IMG/VR virus record: IMGVR_UViG_2562617090_000005
Length of the DNA: 64,000 nt
Direction: 5' to 3' (one strand)
DNA from: a virus
Lineage: Duplodnaviria > Caudoviricetes
The notes under the pieces were generated by a model. That model saw only the letters and a list, made by a program, of their open reading frames with translations, made no database searches and was not told the DNA's origin. Positions 48,604 to 58,182 of this stretch are shown in pieces (within the stretch, counting starts at the first letter, position 1; each line of letters begins with the position of its first letter). Both the position numbers and the translations under genes were made by a program.

Positions 48604-51021
48604 ATGACATGGCCTTTTGAGAATGACACCAGCACTATTATAAAGAAACTGGCGAAAGCTGACCTAAAGGAACATAAGCTCAAGACTTTAATCACTGCAA
48701 TTATTATTGTAATTGCGACTTGCCTAATGGCAACCGTCTTTTCGATTTTAGTAAATGACGCACTAAAACAATCCACACAAGCACCTTATCATGCTATGTT
48801 TCGCGCTGTGAGCGAAGATACGAAAAACAAGTTACAGACCGATAATGATTTTGAAACAGTTGGTGTTTACAAAACTTTTGGTAATATTGTGAACAGTGAT
48901 GGGCGCACTGATCTGGCATACATGGATGATTCGGCAATGTCCTTTTTGGGCTTTGAACTGATGGATGGAAACCTACCGCAAAGCAACACAGAGGTACTTG
49001 TATCTGAAACTTATCTGTCTATTCACAAATTGGTATTAGGTGATTCATTTTCCTTTGAATATGTAGACACCTTGACAAACGAATTGAAAGAAAACACATT
49101 TACTGTTTGCGGCATTATCCAAAACAAAACGCAGGAAAAAGGAAAACAGTTTTATATTCTGACCTCTGATCGTTTCCGCACAGAATATGCACAACAGTAC
49201 AGCGAGCTTTCTTTAACTTACAGCACACAAACTGCCTCGACTGTTGATGTATTAGTTTCACTTAATTCGGAAAAAGCCGATATGAGTCCTGACACTCAAA
49301 AAGATTTCTTAAAAAGTAAGGGTGAAGCCGAAGGTATTAAAGATTTTGACATCATACTAAATGACAGATATATTGATGGAATCTATATTGATGGTGCTGT
49401 GGCGGTCGGTATTGTCTTTTTTGCGATATTCATTATGTTCGCCAGCAGCTTTGTAATTTACAGTATTTTTTATATTTCCATTGTCAATTCGATGCCTATG
49501 TATGCCCAGTTTATTTCATTAGGGACGACGAAAAAACAGTTGCGTTACTTTTTGAAAATGCAGGGGAATTTACTGGCATTACGGTTTATCCCTTTGGGAG
49601 CATTGATTTCTATTTTGATTGTAGTTATTCTCTCCGGGGTACGATGGCTTTTATATGATATGGCGATTGTTTTATTGTCTGGATTCTTGATTTTTGCTGT
49701 TATCAAGTTCGCTTTGAGAAAGCCGGCGAAACTTCTTGCCAAAACTTCTCCTATTGAAGCAATGAAATTTCAAGGGGAAAAGGCCGGACAAGGACACAAA
49801 ACATTGAAGCGGATTACACCAAACACTTTGGCGCAAAGCAACCTGAAAATGAATCAGAAGAAAAACCGTATGTCAATTATTTCATTGAGCATTAGTGGAA
49901 CCTTGATGATTGCATTAGCTATCCTTATTTCTTCCATCAATCTTCCGGCTATGTTGCGACAAAGCTATCCATTAGACGAGGATTTCCAGATTGGCATACA
50001 GATGGATAACTTTTATGAGCGTTTTCCGACTATCATTCAAGACAATCCTCTATCAGAGGATTTGCAGGCACAAATATATAAAATTCCCGGCGTAGAAAAG
50101 ATTGTATTGGATGGATGTGTCGTGGGCCGCTTAGTAGAATCAAAAGTTGTCTACGATTCGCCAGAGGACAATTTAGAAACTGTAAACAGTCTATCACCAG
50201 AACTTGTTGCTAATGCAAGTGAACTTGTGGACGGTACAATCAATTATGATGAAGTCGGTCTGGATGGCATGGTTGTCAATAAATACCGTACAGATCGAAG
50301 TGATACAAACTATGGCGATTTGAAAATTGGAGATACACTATTATTCCATTTTGATGTTGCCGGACAAACCATTGAAAAAACTTTTACCGTTGCCGGGATT
50401 GCTTACTTCCCATCAACAGGGTTGTTCTATTGTACCAGCGAAGCAATAGCAGAACTTTCCCCTTATAATAATACATCACATTTATCCGTTTTTTGCGACC
50501 CGGATTATAAGGAATCTGTTCAAGATGGGATCATGGCGCTTATAAGCGGAAATCCGAATTTGAGGCTCAAAATTTACGATGAAGAATTTTCTACAATTAG
50601 AGGATTCATAAAGGCAACCACAAGCAGTCTGTACGGTATCTCTGCATTTGTAATTCTTTTCGGGCTATTAAATATGGTGAATATGCTAATCAGCAGCGCT
50701 ATTGTCCGTAAACGGGAATTTGCTCTTTTGCAGGCAGTCGGAATGACAAATCAGCAACTAAGAAAAATGCTTTACCGAGAGGGAATGAGCATTAGTGTAA
50801 AGTCTGCAATATTGGCAACCTTTTTTGGCGTTACAGTAGGTGTCCTGCTATGTTATTTGGCAAATAAGGTATTGGCCCTGAAATTTATCCTTTTTGAGTT
50901 TAATATATTCCCGATTCTTTTATTCTCCATTTTGCTTGTTGGATTGCAGATTTGCATTAGCTATGGGGTTAGCCGATCCATTGAGAAAGATACTTTGGTG
51001 GAACGGTTGAGAACGGAATAG
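48604..51021 (+). CDS. ABC permease, tandem FtsX type (permease 3)
   Basis: MTWPFENDT, IYSIFYIS, RKREFALLQAVG. Confidence 0.9.
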   Translation: MTWPFENDTSTIIKKLAKADLKEHKLKTLITAIIIVIATCLMATVFSILVNDALKQSTQAPYHAMFRAVSEDTKNKLQTDNDFETVGVYKTFGNIVNSDGRTDLAYMDDSAMSFLGFELMDGNLPQSNTEVLVSETYLSIHKLVLGDSFSFEYVDTLTNELKENTFTVCGIIQNKTQEKGKQFYILTSDRFRTEYAQQYSELSLTYSTQTASTVDVLVSLNSEKADMSPDTQKDFLKSKGEAEGIKDFDIILNDRYIDGIYIDGAVAVGIVFFAIFIMFASSFVIYSIFYISIVNSMPMYAQFISLGTTKKQLRYFLKMQGNLLALRFIPLGALISILIVVILSGVRWLLYDMAIVLLSGFLIFAVIKFALRKPAKLLAKTSPIEAMKFQGEKAGQGHKTLKRITPNTLAQSNLKMNQKKNRMSIISLSISGTLMIALAILISSINLPAMLRQSYPLDEDFQIGIQMDNFYERFPTIIQDNPLSEDLQAQIYKIPGVEKIVLDGCVVGRLVESKVVYDSPEDNLETVNSLSPELVANASELVDGTINYDEVGLDGMVVNKYRTDRSDTNYGDLKIGDTLLFHFDVAGQTIEKTFTVAGIAYFPSTGLFYCTSEAIAELSPYNNTSHLSVFCDPDYKESVQDGIMALISGNPNLRLKIYDEEFSTIRGFIKATTSSLYGISAFVILFGLLNMVNMLISSAIVRKREFALLQAVGMTNQQLRKMLYREGMSISVKSAILATFFGVTVGVLLCYLANKVLALKFILFEFNIFPILLFSILLVGLQICISYGVSRSIEKDTLVERLRTE

Positions 51022-51084
51022 CAACTGTATGGGATTGGCGGGGTGGCGTGTGCTACCCCGCTTTTTTACCGTTCCTCAAGGAAA

Positions 51085-51466
51085 TTTTTGAAATGTCCGA
51101 GCGTTGTAACATTTCACCCCGATTTTCAATGAAATTTTTTGGCCGCTGTAACATTTCGCGGACATTTGGGTTTTACAATACCCTTATCAACAAAAGTGAG
51201 GAGGCGACGCAATGGAACTGACCCCAACATTGATTTTGAATCTGGCGCTGCTGATCGTCCCGCCCGTTGCCCTTGTGCTGGTGTTCCGGCAATGGCTGGC
51301 CCGGCACATCCGCTGGACGGTTGCCTTGACTGCCCTCTGTGATGTTCTTCTGTTCTGGGATGAACTGTTCTACTATGAGAGCTTCGGCCTGTTCGCTGTG
51401 CTGGTTCTGGTGCAGTTGGCGGCCACCGGCGCAGCAGCGTTCCGCATTTACTGCAAACAAAGAAAG
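51085..51466 (+). repeat. cassette repeat C (truncated after the small gene)
   Basis: Homology to A/B stops at caaacaaagaaag (51466). Confidence 0.88.
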
Positions 51467-51469
51467 TAA
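51212..51469 (+). CDS. small 3-TM membrane protein, copy 3
   Basis: Near-identical to copies 1 and 2. Confidence 0.85.
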   Translation: MELTPTLILNLALLIVPPVALVLVFRQWLARHIRWTVALTALCDVLLFWDELFYYESFGLFAVLVLVQLAATGAAAFRIYCKQRK

Positions 51470-51654
51470 AATACAGCCTCATTACTACTCTGGTAAATAT
51501 CCCGGAACTGATTAGACGGGGTGTTTTTTGTGGAATAAAGTTGGATGGAATATTAGCGGATGAAATAGGCACTTCCTGTTAAAAGAAATTGGTCAGGATA
51601 GTAATTTTATTATCCCGACCAATTTTTGCTATTATGAACTTTTCTTAAACTATA

Positions 51655-51706
51655 TTGCTTTTTGGAGCCTTGCGTGTTATACTGTTATACACAACAGCAT
51701 AACAGT
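51655..51706 (+). promoter_or_regulatory. GntR/YtrA promoter and operator
   Basis: TTGCTT-17-TATACT with TGn extension; palindrome actgttat-N10-ataacagt. Confidence 0.7.
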
Positions 51707-51729
51707 TAAAACACACGGAGGATGCAGCA

Positions 51730-52113
51730 ATGAAACTGATTATTTCAAATGTATCTGGCGTCCCCATATACGAGCAGATTAAACAGCAGATCAAGGCGGC
51801 TATTTTATCTGGCGATCTTCAAGCCGAAGAAACTTTGCCTTCCCTTAGAACACTTGCCAAAGACTTAAAGATCAGCGTCTTAACAGTGACAAAGGCATAC
51901 ACAGAATTAGAGCAAGAGGGCTTTGTTAAAAATGTGCAGGGGCGCGGATGTTTCGTAATGGGGTCTGGTTCAGAACTGATTAAGGAGCAGCTTATTTGCA
52001 AAGTAGAAAACAATCTCACCGAAGCAATAAAAGCTGCAAGAATGGCAAATCTATCCACAGAGGAATTACATCGCCTTTTGGACATTTTAACGGAGGTAAA
52101 AACAGATGACTAA
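51730..52113 (+). CDS. GntR (YtrA-subfamily) regulator
   Basis: PIYEQI, LPSLRTLA, TVTKAYTELEQEG. Confidence 0.93.
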   Translation: MKLIISNVSGVPIYEQIKQQIKAAILSGDLQAEETLPSLRTLAKDLKISVLTVTKAYTELEQEGFVKNVQGRGCFVMGSGSELIKEQLICKVENNLTEAIKAARMANLSTEELHRLLDILTEVKTDD

Positions 52114-52966
52114 TTATTTAGAGGTAACGAACCTTTCAAAATCTTTTGATTCTTTTCAGCTTCACAATATCAGCTTTACTTTGCCAAAGGGATATATTAT
52201 GGGCTTGATCGGCCCGAATGGTTCTGGCAAAACAACGACAATCAAACTGATTTTGAATATGCTCAAGCGCACCGGCGGCACAGTCAAAGTGATGGGGCTG
52301 GATAATATCGCAGAAGAACAAAAAGTAAAATCAGAGCTGGGCGTTGTTTTCGATACAAATTATTTCAGTGATGATTGGAAAGTGTCGCAGGTTGAAAAAT
52401 CCATTTCGGTATTTTATCCAAATTGGGACAGCCAGAAATTTGTGGATATGTTACGGAAATTTCACATTGCACCAACCAAAAAGGTAAAAGAACTTTCCAA
52501 AGGTATGCAGATGAAGTTAATGCTTGCCTGTGCGTTTTCATACGACGCCAAACTGTTGATCCTCGACGAGCCGACCAGTGGACTTGATCCGGTTTCCAGA
52601 GATGAACTTTTGAAAATTCTTTCAGAGTATATTGAAGATGGCGAGCATAGTGTTTTGTTCTCCACCCATATCACAGGCGATTTGGAGCGTGCAGCCGATT
52701 ATATTACCTACATCAGTTATGGCGAGTTGTTCTTTACTGGCAGCAAAGATGATTTTGTAGATATGTTCCGCATTGTAAAAGGTGGAATTGAGGAACTGTC
52801 CGATGATCTGAAAAATAAGGCGGCTGGTATTCGTACATTCCCTACGGGATTTGAGGCTCTGATGAAAACCGAAGATATTAACGGTTTCTCCAACCTGACT
52901 GTTGAGCCTGCCACTATTGATGAAATTGTAGTGTTTACAAGCAAGAAAGGTGACGATTATGAGTAA
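52106..52966 (+). CDS. ABC ATP-binding protein (YtrB-like)
   Basis: GPNGSGKTT, LSKGMQMK, ILDEPT. Confidence 0.93.
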   Translation: MTNYLEVTNLSKSFDSFQLHNISFTLPKGYIMGLIGPNGSGKTTTIKLILNMLKRTGGTVKVMGLDNIAEEQKVKSELGVVFDTNYFSDDWKVSQVEKSISVFYPNWDSQKFVDMLRKFHIAPTKKVKELSKGMQMKLMLACAFSYDAKLLILDEPTSGLDPVSRDELLKILSEYIEDGEHSVLFSTHITGDLERAADYITYISYGELFFTGSKDDFVDMFRIVKGGIEELSDDLKNKAAGIRTFPTGFEALMKTEDINGFSNLTVEPATIDEIVVFTSKKGDDYE

Positions 52967-53609
52967 TATTTTGAAATCCACAAAATTAGATATTGCATTG
53001 GTAAAACCATATTTTAAGACGATTTGCTTTACCCTGCTTCTGCCGATTGTGTTTGCCGCAATCAACCGTTCTTTGCTGACAGGGGTATCATTTGCTATGT
53101 GCTTTATTGCCATGACGACGGGATATACCTTTTCCATCACAGAAAAAAACAGTATGGATCGTCTGTTTGGTATTTTACCTGTTCGGAAAAGCGAGCTTGT
53201 GATCGGACGCTATGTTTTCGTCCTTGCAATGGGGCTTCTTTCCTTGATTATTTCTTTGATTGCACAGCCGCTTGTCTTGAAAGTGCTGGGTGAAACAGTT
53301 GGCGTATTTGACATTGTAACTGCCGCTATTGCAGGAGTATTCTTATTTGCACTCTATACTGTGTTCCAGATTCCGGGATATTACAAGTACGGCTCAATCA
53401 AAGGACGGGTATTTATGTATATTCCAGTGGCCGGTTTTTTGGTGACTTTACTTCTTCTCTCTAAAATGCCAGCCATCGGGAAATCAATTATTTCAGTCGT
53501 TGAATCTTCTCCGATACTTCTCGTTTTCCTTGCGGTTTTTGCTATTGTCGTGATGTATGCGGTTTCGATCTTCTTGTCCATTCGGATTATGAAGAACAAA
53601 GAAATGTGA
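52959..53609 (+). CDS. ABC-2 type permease
   Basis: Six TMs, LPVRKSELVIGRY. Confidence 0.85.
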   Translation: MSNILKSTKLDIALVKPYFKTICFTLLLPIVFAAINRSLLTGVSFAMCFIAMTTGYTFSITEKNSMDRLFGILPVRKSELVIGRYVFVLAMGLLSLIISLIAQPLVLKVLGETVGVFDIVTAAIAGVFLFALYTVFQIPGYYKYGSIKGRVFMYIPVAGFLVTLLLLSKMPAIGKSIISVVESSPILLVFLAVFAIVVMYAVSIFLSIRIMKNKEM

Positions 53610-53618
53610 GGTGATTGT

Positions 53619-53732
53619 ATGGATTTCACAATTTTGGCAGTTGTGCTTTTGCTTGGTGTTGGCGTTCCTATCCGTAATAAACTCATACGGAAATATCGGG
53701 ATAAGAAAAAGAATGATCGCTATTCGGAGTGA
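53619..53732 (+). CDS. 37-aa single-TM peptide (not in ORF track)
   Basis: MDFTILAVVLLLGVGVPIRNKLIRKYRDKKK...; GAGGTG RBS. Confidence 0.45.
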   Translation: MDFTILAVVLLLGVGVPIRNKLIRKYRDKKKNDRYSE

Positions 53733-53737
53733 ACAAT

Positions 53738-53926
53738 ATGGAGAAAACAGAGTTCATCCGCTGCCCAGTCTGCGGGAATAAAACACGCGACAAAATTCGG
53801 GAAGATACCGTACTTAAAAATTTTCCTCTCTTTTGTCCAAAATGCAAAAGTGAATGTCTAATCGACATTGAACAATTCCATATAACCGTTATCAAAGCGC
53901 CAGACGCACAGCCGCAGAGCCGATAA
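53738..53926 (+). CDS. cysteine-rich KTR domain protein
   Basis: CPVCGNKTR...FPLFCPKCK...PDAQPQSR. Confidence 0.88.
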   Translation: MEKTEFIRCPVCGNKTRDKIREDTVLKNFPLFCPKCKSECLIDIEQFHITVIKAPDAQPQSR

Positions 53927-53969
53927 CATAAAGGAGAAATTCTCTTTTATGGTTGGCTCTGCTTTTTTT
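53914..53969 (+). terminator. terminator/attenuator overlapping the KTR stop codon
   Basis: gcagagcc...ggctctgc long stem plus T7. Confidence 0.7.
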
Positions 53970-53992
53970 ATTAAATTAAGGAGAGAACAACT

Positions 53993-54718
53993 ATGGGAGA
54001 CTATGCACTTACAACAAGTAAACTATGCAAGTATTATGGGCAAAATCAAATATTAGAGAATGTAACAATGTCAGTACCGTCAAAAAGCATCTACGGCTTG
54101 GTTGGAGAAAATGGAGCGGGAAAGACAACTCTTTTCCGAATTTTAGCAGGTTTGTCAAAGCCGTCATCCGGCACATTTTCAATCATGCAATCAGTGTCCT
54201 TACAGGAACTATCGGAGGCTCGCAGAAGAATTGGCTTTATGATTGAGATGCCAGCCCTTTATCCCGATATGACTGTATTGCAAAACATTTTTGTCCAGCA
54301 AATTCAATATAACGGTCACAAAGATGCCTCAAAAGCTATCAGTGTGCTGCAAATAGTTGGGTTAGATACGCAGCAAAACAAAAAGGCCCGTCACCTTTCG
54401 TTAGGTATGAAGCAGCGTCTTGCGTTAGCGATTGCGCTATTGAACGATCCTGAAATACTTATTTTGGACGAACCTATCAATGGACTCGATCCGATGGGGA
54501 TTGTTGAAATCAGAGAATTGCTACTATCACTTAATCAAACGAATGGTATTACGATTGTTATATCAAGCCATATTTTGAGCGAGTTAGAGCACATTGCTAC
54601 GCATTACGGATTTTTACATAATGGGAAACTGCTACGAGAAGTATCTTCTTCCTCCATCCCGCAATCTTCTGACGGCTTGGAAGGCTTTTATAAAGATATG
54701 TTGGAGGGCGGAAAATGA
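53993..54718 (+). CDS. ABC ATP-binding protein (BcrA/lantibiotic-immunity-like)
   Basis: GENGAGKTT, LSLGMKQR, LDEPINGLDP. Confidence 0.9.
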   Translation: MGDYALTTSKLCKYYGQNQILENVTMSVPSKSIYGLVGENGAGKTTLFRILAGLSKPSSGTFSIMQSVSLQELSEARRRIGFMIEMPALYPDMTVLQNIFVQQIQYNGHKDASKAISVLQIVGLDTQQNKKARHLSLGMKQRLALAIALLNDPEILILDEPINGLDPMGIVEIRELLLSLNQTNGITIVISSHILSELEHIATHYGFLHNGKLLREVSSSSIPQSSDGLEGFYKDMLEGGK

Positions 54719-55443
54719 AACGATTGATGAAAGCGGAATTATATAAATTCGGACATGAAAAATCTGTTTGGATTATTTCTGCCGTTCTTATTGCTTGTGC
54801 GTGTATTTCTATTTTTACGCAGGTATATGCCAGTGCTGAAAATGCCTTTACTAATTTAGGAAAAGATGTAATGGTTCTATATTTGGCCTGTGCTATCTAT
54901 GCCGGAGTATCGTTTGCCGACGAATTTAACAATCGAACAATTATTCATATTATTGCACATGGATATAGCCGTATGCAGTTTTTGATGGCAAAACTCATTC
55001 ACTATTTACTTGGATGTCTGTTGATTATACTTGCCTATTTAACCATATCTACCGGAATTGCAGCGGCGGTTTTAGGAACAAGTACCCCTGCCTCGGTTTT
55101 TATAGGTCACATATTATATAACATATTAAGGGGATTACCTTTCTATTTTGTTATGACAATGGTTTTCTTTTTCTTTGTAATTGTAACACGAAAAGGAGCC
55201 TTAGCTATTGCGGGATCAGTTTCATCTGCCATTCTGTTTGTCGTTTTTACAAATAAGGCATATTCAGCTCAAGCATTTCCTGAGCAGAGTTGGTTGAGGT
55301 TACTTCCCAACATACAGTTATCTATGCTTTATGATGGTTCTCTGATATTCACGGATTATTTGATTGCAATAGCACTATCTGTAATTTCCAGCATTATTAT
55401 ATTTACAGTATGTATCGCAATTATTCGGAAAACTGAATTATAA
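54715..55443 (+). CDS. ABC permease
   Basis: Six TMs, EFNNRTI...GYSR. Confidence 0.85.
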   Translation: MKRLMKAELYKFGHEKSVWIISAVLIACACISIFTQVYASAENAFTNLGKDVMVLYLACAIYAGVSFADEFNNRTIIHIIAHGYSRMQFLMAKLIHYLLGCLLIILAYLTISTGIAAAVLGTSTPASVFIGHILYNILRGLPFYFVMTMVFFFFVIVTRKGALAIAGSVSSAILFVVFTNKAYSAQAFPEQSWLRLLPNIQLSMLYDGSLIFTDYLIAIALSVISSIIIFTVCIAIIRKTEL

Positions 55444-55524
55444 GCTGTTATCAAAAAATCTGAAGCACAGTTACAGAATTACAAGGATGAACCTTGTGAG
55501 TGTTTTTTTAATCGGAGGGAACTT

Positions 55525-55782
55525 ATGGAAAAAGAAACAATGGGAACTGTAATTTCAGTTACAAAACAATGGTGGTTAAAAGTGAATCGTAAACCTGTCC
55601 GCGCTCATGCTATGGATGGCGCAGCCTTTCCGCATACTATCAAGGTCAAATATACGATAGACGGCAAAGAATACATCTGCCGAAAATGGATTGGCGCAGG
55701 AAACAAAATTCCTGACAAGGGAACAACGATTAAAGTTACCTATTGTGAAGATAATCCATCGAAAGCAAGAATTGAACTCTAA
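55525..55782 (+). CDS. small beta-rich protein (DUF3592-like, tentative)
   Basis: GTVISV...VKYTIDGKEY...VTYCEDNPSKA. Confidence 0.6.
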   Translation: MEKETMGTVISVTKQWWLKVNRKPVRAHAMDGAAFPHTIKVKYTIDGKEYICRKWIGAGNKIPDKGTTIKVTYCEDNPSKARIEL

Positions 55783-55818
55783 TCAATAAATTTATCAAAA
55801 TACGGAGGTGATGATGTG

Positions 55819-56306
55819 ATGGGACATTAGCTGTTTTTGATATAGAAGAATCCGGCAAGCAGATTGGCGAAAAGTTATTTCTGCTTCTTAACGAGGAACA
55901 AAAGAATGCTCTAATGCAATATATTTTGGAGCAAGGAGTCTGTCATGGAACAGTACTCAATTCCTGTCACACTTCCTCCGCAGCAAAGAAGAATCCTCTA
56001 ACAGAAATACAGGAAGGCGAGCTTTATCTATGCCTGGAACATCGTACTGTCAGGGTTCGCGAACGGATTATCAACCTGACAAGTAAGGAGTTTGATATAC
56101 TGGCATTACTCATTGCCAATCCCAAACGTGTTTTTACTTACGAACTGATTACCGATTTGGTTTGGAAAGAGGATTGTGATTTCTATTCGAGAAAAGCGAT
56201 TCATAATCATATAAGTAAGTTGCGTAAGAAATTGCGCTTTGAACCGGATCTTCCAAACTATATTGAGAGTGTCGCCGGGATCGGCTATAAATTTGAACAT
56301 CTATAA
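55819..56306 (+). pseudogene. winged-helix (OmpR effector domain) regulator with a probable 5' frameshift
   Basis: LTSKEFDIL...IESVAGIGYKF; RBS-linked ATG 55819 is out of frame with the downstream ORF. Confidence 0.55.
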
Positions 56307-56311
56307 CATGA

Positions 56312-56349
56312 GCCCACAAGGTGTTGTTTTCCCTTGTGGGCTTGCTTTT
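56312..56349 (+). terminator. intrinsic terminator
   Basis: agcccacaagg/ccttgtgggct stem plus T run. Confidence 0.65.
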
Positions 56350-56810
56350 TGTAGCATATATTTTAAGAGCAGAATATGTAGAAAATTGCGAATATAAAGA
56401 GTAAAAAGCGAATGTCTGCGGACTGATACAGGAAACATAAACGATATAATTTTCTCCCAAGGAGGTATCAAGCAGCCGATTCAGGTTCCTCCTTGATGGG
56501 AGGAAATGCCTATGCGTCTATGCAACACAGATCCGCAGATAAACTGCTTTACATTCAGTCACCTATACGTCGTAGTCCAGCTCGTATGGATTGCGGCGTT
56601 TTTGGTTTCGACAAAGTTTGAGCATTTTCGCTGTCAACCTCCCGGAAAAATTTCATACTGCTGCTTTGGCGCGCCTGTTCTTTGTACGGGCGCGCTTTTT
56701 TGTACCCTTTTTTTAATCAGAAAGAGACTTAGACCTTATCGCTGCCGCAGCCCACCCTCTGATTTCGATTTTTGCCATCAACTCAAACATCGAAATTGGA
56801 GGAAATTACT

Positions 56811-57260
56811 ATGAAGAAAATCAATCTTCGGGATTATTACCCGTATTATACACAGGACATGATCGTTGAGGTGCCGGATGAAGTTGCGGACATTCTCCGG
56901 GAATATAAACTTGCTGAAGCAGCTTATTTTTTGCGTACATACCGGCATAAAGCCTATTTTTCTTTGGATTATGACATCAATGTGGAACATGAGGCTATGG
57001 TGCTTGTTTTGACACCGGCAGATATTTTTGAACAGAAGGAAGAAAACGCCAGACTATATGAAGCGCTTGCCTCGTTGCCGGAAAAACAGCGTAACCGTAT
57101 CACTTCACATTTTCTGTTGGGAATGAGTTTATCGGATATTGCAAAAAGCGAAGGAACCGGCGTCAGCTCTGTACATGAAGGAATCCAACGCGGACTTCGG
57201 CGTTTGAAAAAAAATTTAGAAAAAATGAATACAGACCCCGAAAATTACCATCAAAAATGA
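56811..57260 (+). CDS. sigma-70 region-4 protein (Tn916 Orf7-like)
   Basis: INLRDYYP, LASLPEKQRNRI...MSLSDIAKSEG. Confidence 0.85.
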   Translation: MKKINLRDYYPYYTQDMIVEVPDEVADILREYKLAEAAYFLRTYRHKAYFSLDYDINVEHEAMVLVLTPADIFEQKEENARLYEALASLPEKQRNRITSHFLLGMSLSDIAKSEGTGVSSVHEGIQRGLRRLKKNLEKMNTDPENYHQK

Positions 57261-57831
57261 AATGTATAATAGAGGGACATATTCGGCGGGACAAGCCGGA
57301 CGGGTGTGGTAAGGAAGCATATACATCCTCCACCCTAACTGTAATATCAATTTGTCTGCCATGCCCCTTGCTTGTTCCTTGACAACCGAATATACGCTGT
57401 TACAGGTACTTCATTCTGTGTTCCGAGCGACAGATGGGGCGGCGCGGTGACAGGCGGCCTAAGGAGGTGATGAATCCAGGCTGTCCGAGCGATAAACGCA
57501 ACCTACGAAACCGGCTGTGGCAGGCCGGACGCGATAACGACACAGATCATAATGGTACTTCTTCACAGCTTCCTAAAGACTTGGGGAGAGTTCCTGCGGC
57601 GTTTGCTTGCTCTGGCAAAGCGGCGGCGTATGTGGGACTATGATGCGGTGACGCTACCCGCAGCCTGTAACAGCCCCGTCCTTATAACAGAAGGACTTGC
57701 CGGGGTGCGTGGCAAATACGGCAGTAAAATCGAAATCAGATATAATGGGCCGGATTTATGTGTGTAATAACCATAGATCCGACCTATTCATGTGGTCTTG
57801 ATAACACAGTTTTCAGAAGGGAGTTGATACT

Positions 57832-58047
57832 ATGGAATTGAACACCATTGTCAGTGAAGTGGGTACGCTGGTAGACATTCGGGATGTCTCTGTCAACAAA
57901 GAACTTTCCCGTGATGAACGGATTGCAGAATTTGTTCAGCAAATCAAAAATCCATACCATTTTAAGTGTGGACGTTTTACTGTACAAGCCAGTTTTTCTG
58001 CTGAAGGTGCTACCCTGGAAGAATGTATCAAGGGTATTTTGCGATAG
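57832..58047 (+). CDS. DUF6870-like small protein
   Basis: LVDIRDVSVNKEL..ERI.EFVQQIKNPYHFKCG. Confidence 0.7.
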   Translation: MELNTIVSEVGTLVDIRDVSVNKELSRDERIAEFVQQIKNPYHFKCGRFTVQASFSAEGATLEECIKGILR

Positions 58048-58182
58048 CTGCAATTTTAAGAAAGGGGCTGACTTTTCCGTAAAAGCATGGTAGAATAAGA
58101 ATCGGAAAAGGAATTGAATATGGAATAACCACACTTCTTGAATTGCGGGGATTTTTCTGTGCAACGAAAGGAGTGTTTTTTT

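Larger units (their letters stand above)
47531..48633 (+). repeat. cassette repeat B
   Basis: ATPase differs from copy A at only 3 of 224 listed residues. Confidence 0.9.

Noticed and set aside
44013-51466. Repeats as CRISPR, integron or shufflon
   Set aside because: Repeats are ~1.1-kb gene-bearing direct repeats; no spacers, attC-like sites, inverted sites or adjacent invertase or Cas genes.
56506-57767. Short ORFs flanking the sigma gene (56506, 57434, 57552)
   Set aside because: No motifs and weak or absent RBS; more likely leader or regulatory sequence.
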